Positions 52,393 to 63,156 of a stretch of 64,000 bases of DNA are shown here, in pieces. The notes below the pieces were generated by a model. That model did no database searches and was not told the DNA's origin. It saw only the letters and a list, made by a program, of their open reading frames with translations. Position numbers and translations under genes: made by a program. Positions within the stretch are counted from its first letter, which is position 1. Each line of letters opens with the position of its first letter. Source of the stretch: Candidatus Bathyarchaeota archaeon (GTDB lineage: Archaea > Thermoproteota > Bathyarchaeia > Bathyarchaeales > Bathycorpusculaceae). The DNA lies in NCBI GenBank assembly GCA_963806535.1, contig CAWDYC010000005.1:256001-320000 (forward strand), given 5' to 3'.

Positions 52393-53315
52393 GTTTTCAC
52401 CTCCTTAGCTGAAGCAGCTGCCTGTTTTTCAAGCCAACTCTTCACTGTATCCGAAACTTGTTTCTTCTGCTCTAAGGTGTATTTTGAACTCATTTTTGGA
52501 ATAATGCTTTGATAGAACCAGTGATCTGCAACTTGAAACATCTGCAGAGTTTTGTCGTTTGAGGCAAGCTTTTCCATGATTTTATTTGCACTTTCCGGAA
52601 GTGCAACGATGTCTGCATCGCCGTGGATCAAAAGTACAGGTTTTTCGATTTTTGAGGCATAGTGAAGCATTTTGTTTGCCAATTTGGTTGAAAGCTCGAA
52701 CAAGAAAGCCCAAGCCAAAAACTTTCGTGCAAAGTTCATCCTCTGAAATCAATTTGTACTCTTCACTTTCTCTGAAGGCTTGTGGCCATCTGATCAATCA
52801 AGTCGTACATTGAATGATGGTGAACAACAGGCGAATAAAACCAGCTTGAACTGTGTCTTGAGTCGGCACTTTGAATCCAGATTCAAAGGGGAGTTCGAAG
52901 CAAGAATTAAACCATCAATTTGCTGGGGGTAATGGGCTGCGTACCAAAGTGCATAAGCGCATCCGCTGCTGTGACCGAAAAGGTATAATGTTTTTCCAGG
53001 ATGATTCTTATGAACTTTTTCCACTACCTCGTTTAGGTCTTCTAGGTGACGTTCAAAATCGTGAGTGTCTCCTCGGGGCAGATTTGGTTCTTTAGAATTT
53101 CCAAAGCCTCTTCGGTCAAAAGCGTAAACTTCACAGTTAGCATTTGCCAGCTCAGGTCCCATAAACCTGAATGCTCCAGAATGTACTTCGATGCCATGAA
53201 GGAAAATTACAGCCCTTTCAGGCTCCGTTGCAGAAGACCAATACCTGCAAAACAGGTTAAAGCCATCGCTCATCTTGAGGTACTGTTCAGTTCCTCCAAA
53301 AGTTTGAGTTTGCAT
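52389..53315 (-). CDS. Lysophospholipase-like alpha/beta hydrolase (frameshifts)
   Basis: LHG..H, DRRGFG, GHSSG, HGDAD, ADH. Confidence 0.85.
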
Positions 53316-53547
53316 ACTAAAACACTATCTATCAAAAGGTCACAGAGCTGATTATTTATGGATTTGTGGTTTCATACGGTTACAACGGCTAGGTAATAAT
53401 CATGAAAAGAGCAATGACTCAAGATTTTAAAATAAATTAGTCTGAACCAAAAAAAGATTAACAAAAATGAAAAATAGGCTTTAGCTGGAACTGGTTTAGC
53501 TCAATCTCTTCAGAGTTCCTACTTCAAAGCCATCTCATCGATTTTCG

Positions 53548-54502
53548 CTACATTTGTTTGCTGTTTTTCTGTTGTTGCGCTGGCTGTGCTACTGGAATAA
53601 TGGTTGCTTTTGAAAGATTTTCCTGCTCATTAAGGATTAGTGAAATTGCTTTGCCTTCAGGAACAATAATCTTTGTGTTGTTCTGCAAAGATGTTGCAAT
53701 TGTGTCCAGTTGCTTGAAGACAATGGCGCTATCCTTGAAGTAAGTTGTCAAAGCCTCATTTCTCAGTCTGGTTGCTTGAGCGTCTCCTTCAGCTATGGCG
53801 ATGGTTGCAGTTTTCTGACCTTCAGCTTGAAGGATGGCAGCTTGCTTTTGTCCTTCTGCAACGTTGAATTGCGGCGTTTTTCTCTCCGCTTGCCAAAGTG
53901 GCTTCGGCGATGGCTGTTTTCTCAGCGGCTTGACGTTCATTGTCAGCTTTCAGAACGGACTCCATGGATATGATAAGTTCTCGGGGAGGCTCTAAATCTT
54001 TGATTTCTGCCCTCACAATTTCAATGCCCCACTTCTCCGTCTGCTCGTCTAAGGCTGTTTTGAGGCTGACGTTGATTACGGGTCTGGAAGTGTTGGCTAT
54101 AGCCATGTCCATGCCGCCTATAATATCCCTGAGTACTGTTCTTGCTAATGTGTCAATTTGAGTGGTGAAACTTGCCACCGCATATTGTGACGCTTTAACT
54201 GATTGTTCGTCAGGTTTGATTCTGTAGAATACTACAGCATCGACGCCCATGAAGACTTTGTCTTTTGTAATTACGTCTTGTCGCTGAACGGGTGTCATGC
54301 GCTCGGTGACGTTAACTCTGATGATTTTATCTGCGAAGGGAACAAGAAAAGTTATGCCTCCTTCAACAAACCTATGGTATTTGCCAAATCGTTCCACTAA
54401 GCCTTTTTCTGTTGGTCTAACAATTCGAAGAGACGAAAGAAGTGCCCATACGATTACAATTAATGGTATTACTATTGCAAAGATTTCAATTATGTCTACC
54501 AT
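53548..54502 (-). CDS. SPFH/Band 7 membrane protein (frameshift near 53860)
   Basis: N-terminal TM, VERFGKY, VITKD, LRDIIG, AEG repeats. Confidence 0.88.
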
Positions 54503-54583
54503 ACTGCCCTTTCCCTCATGCTTCTTAGGGGTAGGTAGACAGATTTAAGATTTGCTCAAAGACTTAAAATCCGTCAATGATTC

Positions 54584-55198
54584 TTAATCGAAGTATCTTC
54601 CAGCAAAAACAATATAGAAAGCAGTTACAAAAGCGAATAATCCTAAGCTGATTTCGGTTGCTATAAACGAAAAAATTACCGCTAAAGTGTAGACTAAAGG
54701 TCCAACAAGGACTATTTTGCTTCTTTTTGCTATTATTTCTGGATTAGGTTCCTCATGAGTCAAATGTTGTGTTCTAGGGTAAAACCAGAGAATGTTAAAT
54801 AGGATTGAAATTGCCAGGGTGTTAATACCGTAGGCAAGAACTGATATGGATTGAAGAGGGTATCTTCCAAGCAAAGCAGTCGAGAAAGGTGCAAGTCCCA
54901 CGCTGAGAAGTAAGATAAGGTTAACCCAAACAGTTTTAAGATCAATATTTTCAATGTGGCTAAACATGTTTTGATGACTTATCCAAAGAACGCCTAAAAA
55001 AATAAAAGTGATAATGTAGGCGAATAAATCTGGAATAAGCCCGGAGAGATCGGCTTGTAGTGTTGTTGAAGCATTTGGTCCGGTAATAGTTGGCACCACC
55101 AAACTAAGCACTAAAATAGTCATTACTGTTGCAAATATGCCGTCGGTTAACCCTTCTGTTCTGTCCTTTCTAAACCATGATGGAACTTTGTTGCTCAT
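54584..55198 (-). CDS. TMEM175 family potassium channel
   Basis: RTEGLTDGIFATVMTILVL, WISHQ, PFST. Confidence 0.88.
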   Translation of the reverse strand: MSNKVPSWFRKDRTEGLTDGIFATVMTILVLSLVVPTITGPNASTTLQADLSGLIPDLFAYIITFIFLGVLWISHQNMFSHIENIDLKTVWVNLILLLSVGLAPFSTALLGRYPLQSISVLAYGINTLAISILFNILWFYPRTQHLTHEEPNPEIIAKRSKIVLVGPLVYTLAVIFSFIATEISLGLFAFVTAFYIVFAGRYFD

Positions 55199-55368
55199 GT
55201 TGGAAAATGCCTCGAAATCTTGGAATTTCCACAAAATTTTTCCTGCGTTCTTTTGATAGCTAACTTGTCAGCAAAATGCAAGGAGTATTTTCGTCTATTT
55301 AATGGGTTGTGACTACCCCAGAACAACCACAGTTCAACCGATCTTAATTTAGATGGCGCTTTTCAGGT

Positions 55369-55947
55369 TCAAAGCGGCAAATCATATGGAGTACCGTGAG
55401 CTGGATAGATTCTGGTTACATTCATTGCATGTATTCTCTGCCAATTCTTGAAAGCTTCTGATCCTACTGGAGAGGCGTTCTCAAGTGGGAGGTCTCCTGT
55501 AAAAGCTTCACCTGTGTCAAGAACAAGGGTAACATGGTCTTGACTATGCCCAGTAGTGGGAATTGTTTCGCCGTCTATATCCAGGGCTTTGAGAAAAAGT
55601 CTGCTTTCACTAAAAGTCAGCAGTATATTACCCTCATTTTTTATTTCATGAAAAACCAATGGAGGCTTGATGAACTGCTTCTGCTCGTTTAGATGTTCCC
55701 TCTGGTTTTCCATAACGATGAGTTTTGCGCCTTTGTCCTTCATTTCTTGAGCAATGGCGCCGTGATCAATATGATAATGCGTGACTAGAATGTGAGTAAC
55801 ATTCTTTGTGGAGTACCCCTCGCTTGCTAGGTTCCATTTGAGTTCTGGCATTCGGCCTGGCCAACCAACGTCTATTAGCAGTTTTGCTTTCTCCGTGATT
55901 AATAGGTAACAGTTGACCGATCTATACCCTACATTAAGTATCTTCAA
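55369..55947 (-). CDS. Metallo-beta-lactamase fold hydrolase
   Basis: THYHIDH, GHS, TGD, PAHG. Confidence 0.9.
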   Translation of the reverse strand: MKILNVGYRSVNCYLLITEKAKLLIDVGWPGRMPELKWNLASEGYSTKNVTHILVTHYHIDHGAIAQEMKDKGAKLIVMENQREHLNEQKQFIKPPLVFHEIKNEGNILLTFSESRLFLKALDIDGETIPTTGHSQDHVTLVLDTGEAFTGDLPLENASPVGSEAFKNWQRIHAMNVTRIYPAHGTPYDLPL

Positions 55948-56145
55948 TGGATCACCGCAAAAGATCAGATGGTAGTGGAATAATAATCATTGTTTAAGAA
56001 TGGTAATCAATGCTGATTAAATTAAGTTAAGGAAAAATGAAAAAGATTGGATAAACAAAAAATCGTTTGGATCAGCAAACACTTAGACTTGACAACCTAT
56101 TACTCACATCGTTTAATTGGGGAGATCTCAATTCGACCACCTAAT

Positions 56146-58183
56146 TCAAGTGTTTCTCGAATAGATGTCCAATTTTTTTGAACTTTCGGATTTCTTCAGT
56201 TTTTTACGTCCGGTGATTTCTCTTGCTGCAGCGAAAACGCCTTGTATCTCACCTTCTGGGTCACGGTAAATTGATGCGTTATACAAAACATCTGTTACAT
56301 CTCCAGATTTGTGTCTAATTACTAACGGGTAATCTTTAATGAACCCTTCAGTGAAGACTTGTTGGTATCCTGCGATAGCTTTTTCTGGTTCAGTAAAATA
56401 ATCCGAAAAATCACTTCCAACCAATTCTGCGTGAGAGCAACCTGTGGCAATCTCTGTAGCCTTATTAACGTCGGTAATTTTGCCTTCTTTGCTGATTGTG
56501 ACCAAAGGGTCCAAACTCGCTTCAATTAGACTTCTGCAATACAAAGAAGCTGCAAGCAACTCTTCTTTCGCTTTCTTACGACTTGTTATAATTGTTAGGG
56601 TGAACAGCATTTGTGTAGCTTTGCCTTGCTCATCATGCTTTATGGTAGTCGCTCGGCTTTGAACCCATTCCCAGACTCCAGTTTTGCTTATCAATCGATA
56701 TTCAATTGGACTTTGTTCATCTGTGGTTCCACTTACCATTTGTTTCCAACATGATTTTACCAATTCGACGTCGTCTGGATGCACCAATGGCAATATTGAT
56801 TTTGAAGCTTCTAACTCTGCGCAAGAATATCCCAAAAACTCATTACGGTTAAGGAACTCCGCTTTACCCGAAGCAAGGTCCAACAAATGTTATAGAATCG
56901 GGAGACAATAACGTGAGTTGGTGAAAACGCTCCTCACTAAGACGCAAAGACTCCTCAGCTTTTTTGCGTTCAGTAATATCTATGACTAACCCTCTGAGAC
57001 CAGTTACTTTGTTTTCGGAAATAATAGGAGTTGTTCTAACGAAAGCGGGGTATGTTGTGTTGTCTTTCTTGAAAAGAGTGTATTCATTATTCTTGCCAGC
57101 TTTTCCAGATATTGATTTCTCAATGTTTTCTTTAGCTCGATCTCTCTCTTCTGGAATAACGAATGACAATATGTTCATGCCTTTTTCGAGTTCTTCAGGC
57201 GTAAAGCCAGTTATCTCGAAAGCTCTTTGACTAAAAAAAGTAATTTTCCCATTTACATCAGCCTCAAAGACTATCTCTGGTAAGAAATTTGCCAATTCTC
57301 GATACCTTGCCTCGCTTTTTCTAACACCTTCCTCAAACGCCTTCCTTTCGGTAATATCAAAAAATAAACCTTGAATAGCTTGCTGCCCCTCGTACTCAAC
57401 TCGATTTGTTAGGGCATCCAACCAAATTATCGAACCATCTTTTCGGACCGCACGAAACTCAAAGCATGATGTCTGTCGTTCACCTTGTAACTGCTTTTCT
57501 AATCGACTAAAATAAGTCGTCCTATCTTCATAATACACCAATTCGATAATTTCTTTGGGTGAAAATGACATTAACTCTCTAAGAGAGAAACCAAGAATTT
57601 TTTCTATAGCTGCATTTCCAAAAACTAGCCTAAGTGGAGCTACCTCCAAAATTAGCATTCCTTGAAGTGAATTCTCAACTAACGTGCGATACTTTGATTC
57701 TGAAGCCGCAAGTAGTTTCGATGATTTTTTTTGTTCCACAGTTTTCTCTATAACATGGGCCAATTCACAATAAATTGTCTCAGGCGAATCGTTTTTGTTG
57801 ATATAACTGTCAGCGCCTAAATTCAAAGCCCTTACTGCAACATCCTCTCGCCCTTTTCCAGTAAATAAGATAAAAGGAATTTGATCATCTCCTGCTCTGA
57901 TTTCTTTTAAGAAATCTAACCCGTTTTTCGGAGGCATTTCATAATCGGATACAACTGCATCATACATTTGCTGTTTCATTTTCTTGAATGCTTCGTCAAC
58001 GGATGTGACACTGTCGATATCAAAGTTGTTTTCCATCGAAAGAATCTGTTTTGAAATTTGCAAAAAACAAAGATCATCGTCAACATGCAAAATCCGAATG
58101 GGGGTCTTTCGATTAGAAGATGGCAAATCAAGTATTTTTACAGCCATTTCATTCTGATCGAAATGTTGCATTATTTGTGTCAC
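56146..58183 (-). CDS. Receiver plus four-PAS sensory protein without kinase domain (frameshift near 56885)
   Basis: HVDDD, VSDYEMP, FTGKG receiver; repeated DITERK PAC ends; ends AAREITGRKK. Confidence 0.82.
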
Positions 58184-58539
58184 AAGTCAAATACTCAATG
58201 GATTGATAATAAATCAATTATGAATTGAGTAACTTGAGTGCAGAGTGCTCGAATTTGGAATATACTCTTTTGCACTGATAAATTGAGAGAAATGGAACTC
58301 TTTGCATGATTGGTTAAAGTCAATTTTTGCATCCTAATGGCATGTGAAAAAATTAATGAAAAGTGAAATCTCCAAGAATTGATCAAAATTTTTTTATCAG
58401 AGTTGCGGAACAGAATCCAGCTTAGCCTGCTCTATTTCTAACTGAACGCTTTCAATTCGGTTTCATGGTTGCAGTTGGTTAATTATTGTCGAGATAATCA
58501 TTTTTTACTTTATTTGATAGTTTCATCATTCTTGCATTC

Positions 58540-60468
58540 TTAGATGATAGTGACTATTGCGAGAATCGCATCTTTTCCTTCGTATTTTATCAATTTTGAA
58601 TTAAGAATTGCTTGAATTACCTTACCTTCTTTTGTTACAAGTGAAAATTCAAAAGGAGAAACCTCTTGGTTAATCAAATGATTGTTGAAGCTTGAGGCAA
58701 ACCTTTCTTTGTATTCTGAAGCAATCAATTTATGGAAACTGAAATCAGCACTGTAAAACTCTCCTCTCGTGTAGCCCGTTTCTTGTTCACATTTATTGTT
58801 TGCATAAACAACTCTATCGTTCACATTTATGAAAATCATACTTGGAGATTCTTCGACTAAAGTCCTAAACTTTTCTTCAGATTCTTCAAGCATCTGCTCT
58901 GCTTTTTTTCGCTCAGTTATATCCACAAAAGTAGTTACTACTACCTGTGCACTTTTTGTCTTTATGTCGATAATGGGTTCCGAGTTAATTAAGATCCATC
59001 TGTATTTACTGGCAATCGGATTAAACACACCCATGACTACGTTCCGAACTGGCTTTGCGGTCTTCAATGTAATCATAGATGGATGCTGATCAACTAAGAA
59101 AGGCGAATTATCCTCATGAATTGCTTGCCATTTTGGATCTGCTGAGGTTCGACCTTTAATTTGATCAAGAGACAACCCAAGAATTTCGCAAGCCATTTCG
59201 TTTGCTTCAATGATTAAACCATTTTTGTCTTGAACGACGATTCCACTTGCAATTACTTCAAACAAACTTCGATATCGCTGATCACTTAAGCGAATTGCTT
59301 CTTCAGAACGCTTTCGTTCAGTTACATCTTCAAATATTGTTGCAAAGTATCCTTTTTCAGGGCTGAAAGCAAGTACGGAAATCCATTTTTCTAAAGTTTG
59401 AAAATAATGCAAAAAGGAGACAGAACTACCGGTTGCAACCGTTTCTCCGTATGTATTAAGCAACTCTGCTAGCGATTGCGATGTATTAGGCCAAAATTTA
59501 GTTGCGTTTTTGCCAAACTCGGTTCTTGTTATCCCAGTAAGCTCTTGGAACGCAGAATTTGCTTCTATTATAACAAAATCAATTAGCTTACCTTCATTAT
59601 CATAGATTAATTTGTTGTAAGCGAAACCGTTACTCATGTTTGCAAACAAATAGTCAAATTGGCGTCTATCTCTCTTGAACTCTCTTTCTTGAGGTTCGAT
59701 GGCTGAAAACCAAGCAGAATTAAAAAAGCTTTGAGCCAATTCAATTAGACCATGATTATTTGACAAAACTGCAAAATCTGTATCAACTGAAGATTTTGTA
59801 TTAAGTACAATTTCATTGTCATCTTTAATCCTTAACCAAACAGAAGGTGGCCCAACAATATACCTAATTTCAAAATTTGGATACTTTTCAAGTGCGGTAA
59901 TATCTTTTGACTTATTTGAATTGATTTGTTGTTCCGTAATTACTCTTATATTCACTTTCTTTTCCAAGGCTTTTCTAATGATTTTATGGTTGATTACAAT
60001 CCACTGAGAAATTATTTGCCAAGGAACCATAATACATAGACTGTTTTGAGAGGTTTCAACCAGCTTTCGCAACTTAAGCTCAATAGCATCTCCTTGGTGA
60101 ACTAAGACAAATTGCTCCTCTTCATTATGTATCTTGAAGTTCAACTTTTCAACATGCCTTACTAATTCATTTACCCTTTTGTTCAATTCTATGTTCGCTT
60201 TAGTTTTCTTTAAAACCAAAATGCCAACGGCATCCAAAATGGCTAAAGGCTTATACTTTGTAGGTACCGTTATTATTTTTTCGACTATTCCTTCATCTTG
60301 TAGGGTTATAATTGCTCTATAAGTATCGGGACGGGCTATTTTTGAAATATTAGCGATTTCTCTAATAGATGCAGTGCCTATTTGAAGAAGAGCGAGATAA
60401 GTTTTTGATTCTGCACTATTTAGACCAAGGTCAACCAGTGTTCTGATGGCTTCGTCATTGCTGCTGAT
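58540..60468 (-). CDS. TrmB-family regulator fused to three PAS domains (frameshift near 60240)
   Basis: LVDLGLNSAESKTYLALL..ARPDTYRAI..GIVEK TrmB HTH in upstream frame; KVNIRVIT PLD-like domain; PAS/PAC repeats. Confidence 0.8.
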   Translation of the reverse strand: MSSNDEAIRTLVDLGLNSAESKTYLALLQIGTASIREIANISKIARPDTYRAIITLQDEGIVEKIITVPTKYKPLAILDAVGILVLKKTKANIELNKRVNELVRHVEKLNFKIHNEEEQFVLVHQGDAIELKLRKLVETSQNSLCIMVPWQIISQWIVINHKIIRKALEKKVNIRVITEQQINSNKSKDITALEKYPNFEIRYIVGPPSVWLRIKDDNEIVLNTKSSVDTDFAVLSNNHGLIELAQSFFNSAWFSAIEPQEREFKRDRRQFDYLFANMSNGFAYNKLIYDNEGKLIDFVIIEANSAFQELTGITRTEFGKNATKFWPNTSQSLAELLNTYGETVATGSSVSFLHYFQTLEKWISVLAFSPEKGYFATIFEDVTERKRSEEAIRLSDQRYRSLFEVIASGIVVQDKNGLIIEANEMACEILGLSLDQIKGRTSADPKWQAIHEDNSPFLVDQHPSMITLKTAKPVRNVVMGVFNPIASKYRWILINSEPIIDIKTKSAQVVVTTFVDITERKKAEQMLEESEEKFRTLVEESPSMIFINVNDRVVYANNKCEQETGYTRGEFYSADFSFHKLIASEYKERFASSFNNHLINQEVSPFEFSLVTKEGKVIQAILNSKLIKYEGKDAILAIVTII

Positions 60469-60546
60469 TTAATGCCTTCCCCTTCTTCTCTTGATTATTG
60501 ACTTTACCGATTGTGGTACTTTTTTCACTATTTAAATTTTTGTTAC

Positions 60547-60606
60547 TTCCACCAAATGCGATAGGTATTTTTTAAAAAGTTGTCTGTTGGTGGAACATAC
60601 ACCAAC
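60547..60606. promoter_or_regulatory. Palindromic operator candidates in divergent TrmB/Lrp promoter
   Basis: gttggtg-N7-caccaac at 60586-60606; ttccaccaa 60547-55 inverted to ttggtggaa 60587-95. Confidence 0.45.
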
Positions 60607-60657
60607 TACATCTAATATACTAAATATGCTCATAAGTATATTGAAGGAGGATGTATT

Positions 60658-61179
60658 TTGGCTCTAGATGAGCTAGATAGAAAAATAGTCCAATGTCTGA
60701 GTCTTGGAACAAGCTCTTATGAAGAACTTGCTCAAACATGCAGCGTAACACGAAACACCATTTATCGAAGAATAGCCGCACTTGAAAATGAGGGTATAAT
60801 TGAGAATACTCTTCGCTGTATAATAAACTTTAAACAGATGGATATAACCCCAGTAATTATTGGCGCGAGGGTCCTCGAAAATAATCATGAAAAAGCGGTC
60901 TATCTGCTTACAAACAATAAGAATGTTAAATTTCTTTGGCAAACCTACGGAGACCACAACATATCTCTAGTGGCCTTTTGCACCAAAGGCAAGGAGGGTG
61001 CAATAATCCAAGATATACGATCAATCCTTGAAGGATTAGGCGCCGAACACATATGTTCATCTATAGGTTTCACATGGGAAAAAATGAGCTTTTCACCCTT
61101 TGAAGACCAATTGGAAAGTAAAAAGAAAATAGAGCAAATAATAGAAGTGAGAAATCTGTCAGCAATCGGTTGTCCTTAA
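60658..61179 (+). CDS. Lrp/AsnC family transcriptional regulator
   Basis: LDELDRKIV..SYEELA..TIYRRIAALENEGII; TYGDHN RAM domain. Confidence 0.88.
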   Translation: MALDELDRKIVQCLSLGTSSYEELAQTCSVTRNTIYRRIAALENEGIIENTLRCIINFKQMDITPVIIGARVLENNHEKAVYLLTNNKNVKFLWQTYGDHNISLVAFCTKGKEGAIIQDIRSILEGLGAEHICSSIGFTWEKMSFSPFEDQLESKKKIEQIIEVRNLSAIGCP

Positions 61180-61517
61180 ATACGGAGCGCTTCATCTAGG
61201 ATTCAAATAATAAAATCTCAAAGTTTTTTGGTTTGGTATGGATCTTATTGGTTTCTTCATTTTATTTACGCTCCTCTTTCATTTATTAAGATTTCAGGAA
61301 AAAGGAAGGCAAAATCAAGAGATATCAAAACTAAATACTTTTCTGAATTTCAGACAGGGCAATCTGACCAATTGATTCTTCTCAAGATATGAGACTATTT
61401 GCATTACATGGTACATTATCAAGAGAAATTTGCTAAAAATGGAGTTTTTGCGTAGTACGATAATGATATCACTGTTGTATGCGACTTACTTCTAAATTGA
61501 CATTTGAAGTGTTAAAA

Positions 61518-61925
61518 ATGAATATACTAGAACGTATCCCTTTAGCAAAGGTTTCGAGTTCAGCACACCTTGTTTGGCTCGATAATTCAATTGCTGATAT
61601 GATTGCTTTAGAGACTATTCAGCTAATTAATGAGAGTTATTATCGGAATTTTTTGTTCTTTAATGGCGTAAGCTCTAAACGAATTATTGCCGGCTTATTC
61701 TATCTCTTAGGATACAGATACAAAGTTATTAAAAGTCAGAACGAAATTGCAGATAAATTGAATACTTCAGATGCTACTATTCGCAAATCTTATCAAAAAT
61801 GGCTACATACCTTCCCTGAATCATTTTTAGACATAAAAAGCAATTTTGAAACAAATAAAGAATTGAAGAACTCTCAAACCTCATTAATTGAAACGATAAT
61901 GAAAATAAAAAAAAAGGGACTATAG
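61518..61925 (+). CDS. Single-cyclin-repeat TFB-like protein
   Basis: IIAGLFYLLG..SQNEIADKLNTSDATIRKSY resembles the TFB C-terminal cyclin/HTH repeat; no Zn ribbon. Confidence 0.62.
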   Translation: MNILERIPLAKVSSSAHLVWLDNSIADMIALETIQLINESYYRNFLFFNGVSSKRIIAGLFYLLGYRYKVIKSQNEIADKLNTSDATIRKSYQKWLHTFPESFLDIKSNFETNKELKNSQTSLIETIMKIKKKGL

Positions 61926-62315
61926 TTGATTCAGAACAGCAAGGCAAACTCTATGCCGAAAATACTTACGGTTTTTGAGAAAACAGATCCCGAATTCTCA
62001 AACAGTACATTGATCGAGGAGAAAATCATCAAAAACTTCACCGACTTGCTAATATTGAAATACCTTCAAAAGTACCCTCTCGAAAGTGGATATAAAATTC
62101 TTAATTACTTGCGCCAAAAATTCGATATCCCTTTTAGCCCTGGAACAATATACAATGTAATATACTCTTTGGAGAGGAACGGCTTAATTAAAGGAAAGGG
62201 CAATGAATTGGGACGGAAATACCAATTAACAGAAGAAGGCGGAAAAGCGATGCACCGTGTAGTTAGAGCCCGAAAAAGGTTCCAGAGATTGCTGATGGAT
62301 ATTGTAGAAGAATAA
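61926..62315 (+). CDS. PadR family transcriptional regulator
   Basis: SGYKIL, SPGTIY..LERNGLI, YQLTEEG. Confidence 0.88.
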   Translation: MIQNSKANSMPKILTVFEKTDPEFSNSTLIEEKIIKNFTDLLILKYLQKYPLESGYKILNYLRQKFDIPFSPGTIYNVIYSLERNGLIKGKGNELGRKYQLTEEGGKAMHRVVRARKRFQRLLMDIVEE

Positions 62316-62409
62316 ACATTCAGTGAGAGTTTATTGAAATTCTTGTTTCCGCAAAAATTTCAGAATGAATTAATGTTTAAGAATGATTTAAGATTCTCAG
62401 AGAAACTAT

Positions 62410-63156
62410 CTAAGCCTGATTTTCAGTTATCCTCTTTTTTAGTTTAATTTCAAGAATTCCATTGTGGTAACTCGATTCAACTATCTCTTTCTCCACTATA
62501 GTTGGAAGATCTATTTTCTTGCAGTATGCTTTTGTTAGGGTGCTAAGATTTATTTTCAGACTCTTGCCTTCTGCCCTTAATTCTATTTCGTTCTCTTTAA
62601 CACATGGCAATTCAGTCGTTACGCGCAGGTAGTCCCCTTCTTCGAAGATGTCAACTATGGGGTCTCTTTCCTTTATTGTTCCTACTGACTGAGGCAAAAT
62701 TATATTTGCTCTCGGAGATTGTTTAAGTGGTTTTCTGATTTTTATTCCATTATTCGAAGGTTGTGTAGTGGAGCTTGCCTTTATCGGACGAGAACTTAAT
62801 CGGAAATCCACTGCTCCACCTTTTCCAAAGCTAATTGTTTTCTGCATTGTGTATTTCCCTTTGGATTTTTCTGCCAACGTGCCTAAATCGTTCACCAAAC
62901 TAAGTAAACCATTTCCCTTTTTGTCATTCGTCATAATCGATCCATTTAATATCTCAAAACCAAAACTGAGAATTCCGTCTAAAGCCTTGTTTTGATCTTT
63001 GATCTTAACATTTTTCTCTTTTTCGGGAGTTTTGGTTGTCTCCGCTTCGGATTTTTTTGGAGGCTGAATTTCTTTTTCGCTGAACGCAATATCCTTCTCT
63101 AGCTTTTTATTTTTCTTTTTTTCGCTCTTATTATTGATTTTTGGTTTTTTCATCAA
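62410..63156 (-). CDS. Hsp20/alpha-crystallin protein (GvpH-like)
   Basis: DPIVDIFEE, ELPCV, SYHNGILEIKL; long charged N-terminus. Confidence 0.82.
   Translation of the reverse strand: MMKKPKINNKSEKKKNKKLEKDIAFSEKEIQPPKKSEAETTKTPEKEKNVKIKDQNKALDGILSFGFEILNGSIMTNDKKGNGLLSLVNDLGTLAEKSKGKYTMQKTISFGKGGAVDFRLSSRPIKASSTTQPSNNGIKIRKPLKQSPRANIILPQSVGTIKERDPIVDIFEEGDYLRVTTELPCVKENEIELRAEGKSLKINLSTLTKAYCKKIDLPTIVEKEIVESSYHNGILEIKLKKRITENQA

Noticed and set aside
1533-60468. Mass pseudogenisation or programmed frameshifting in more than 20 split genes
   Set aside because: Single-base shifts hit core genes (pyrD, cdvC, HMGCS, hdrA), often at short homopolymers, without accompanying decay; typical long-read indel error
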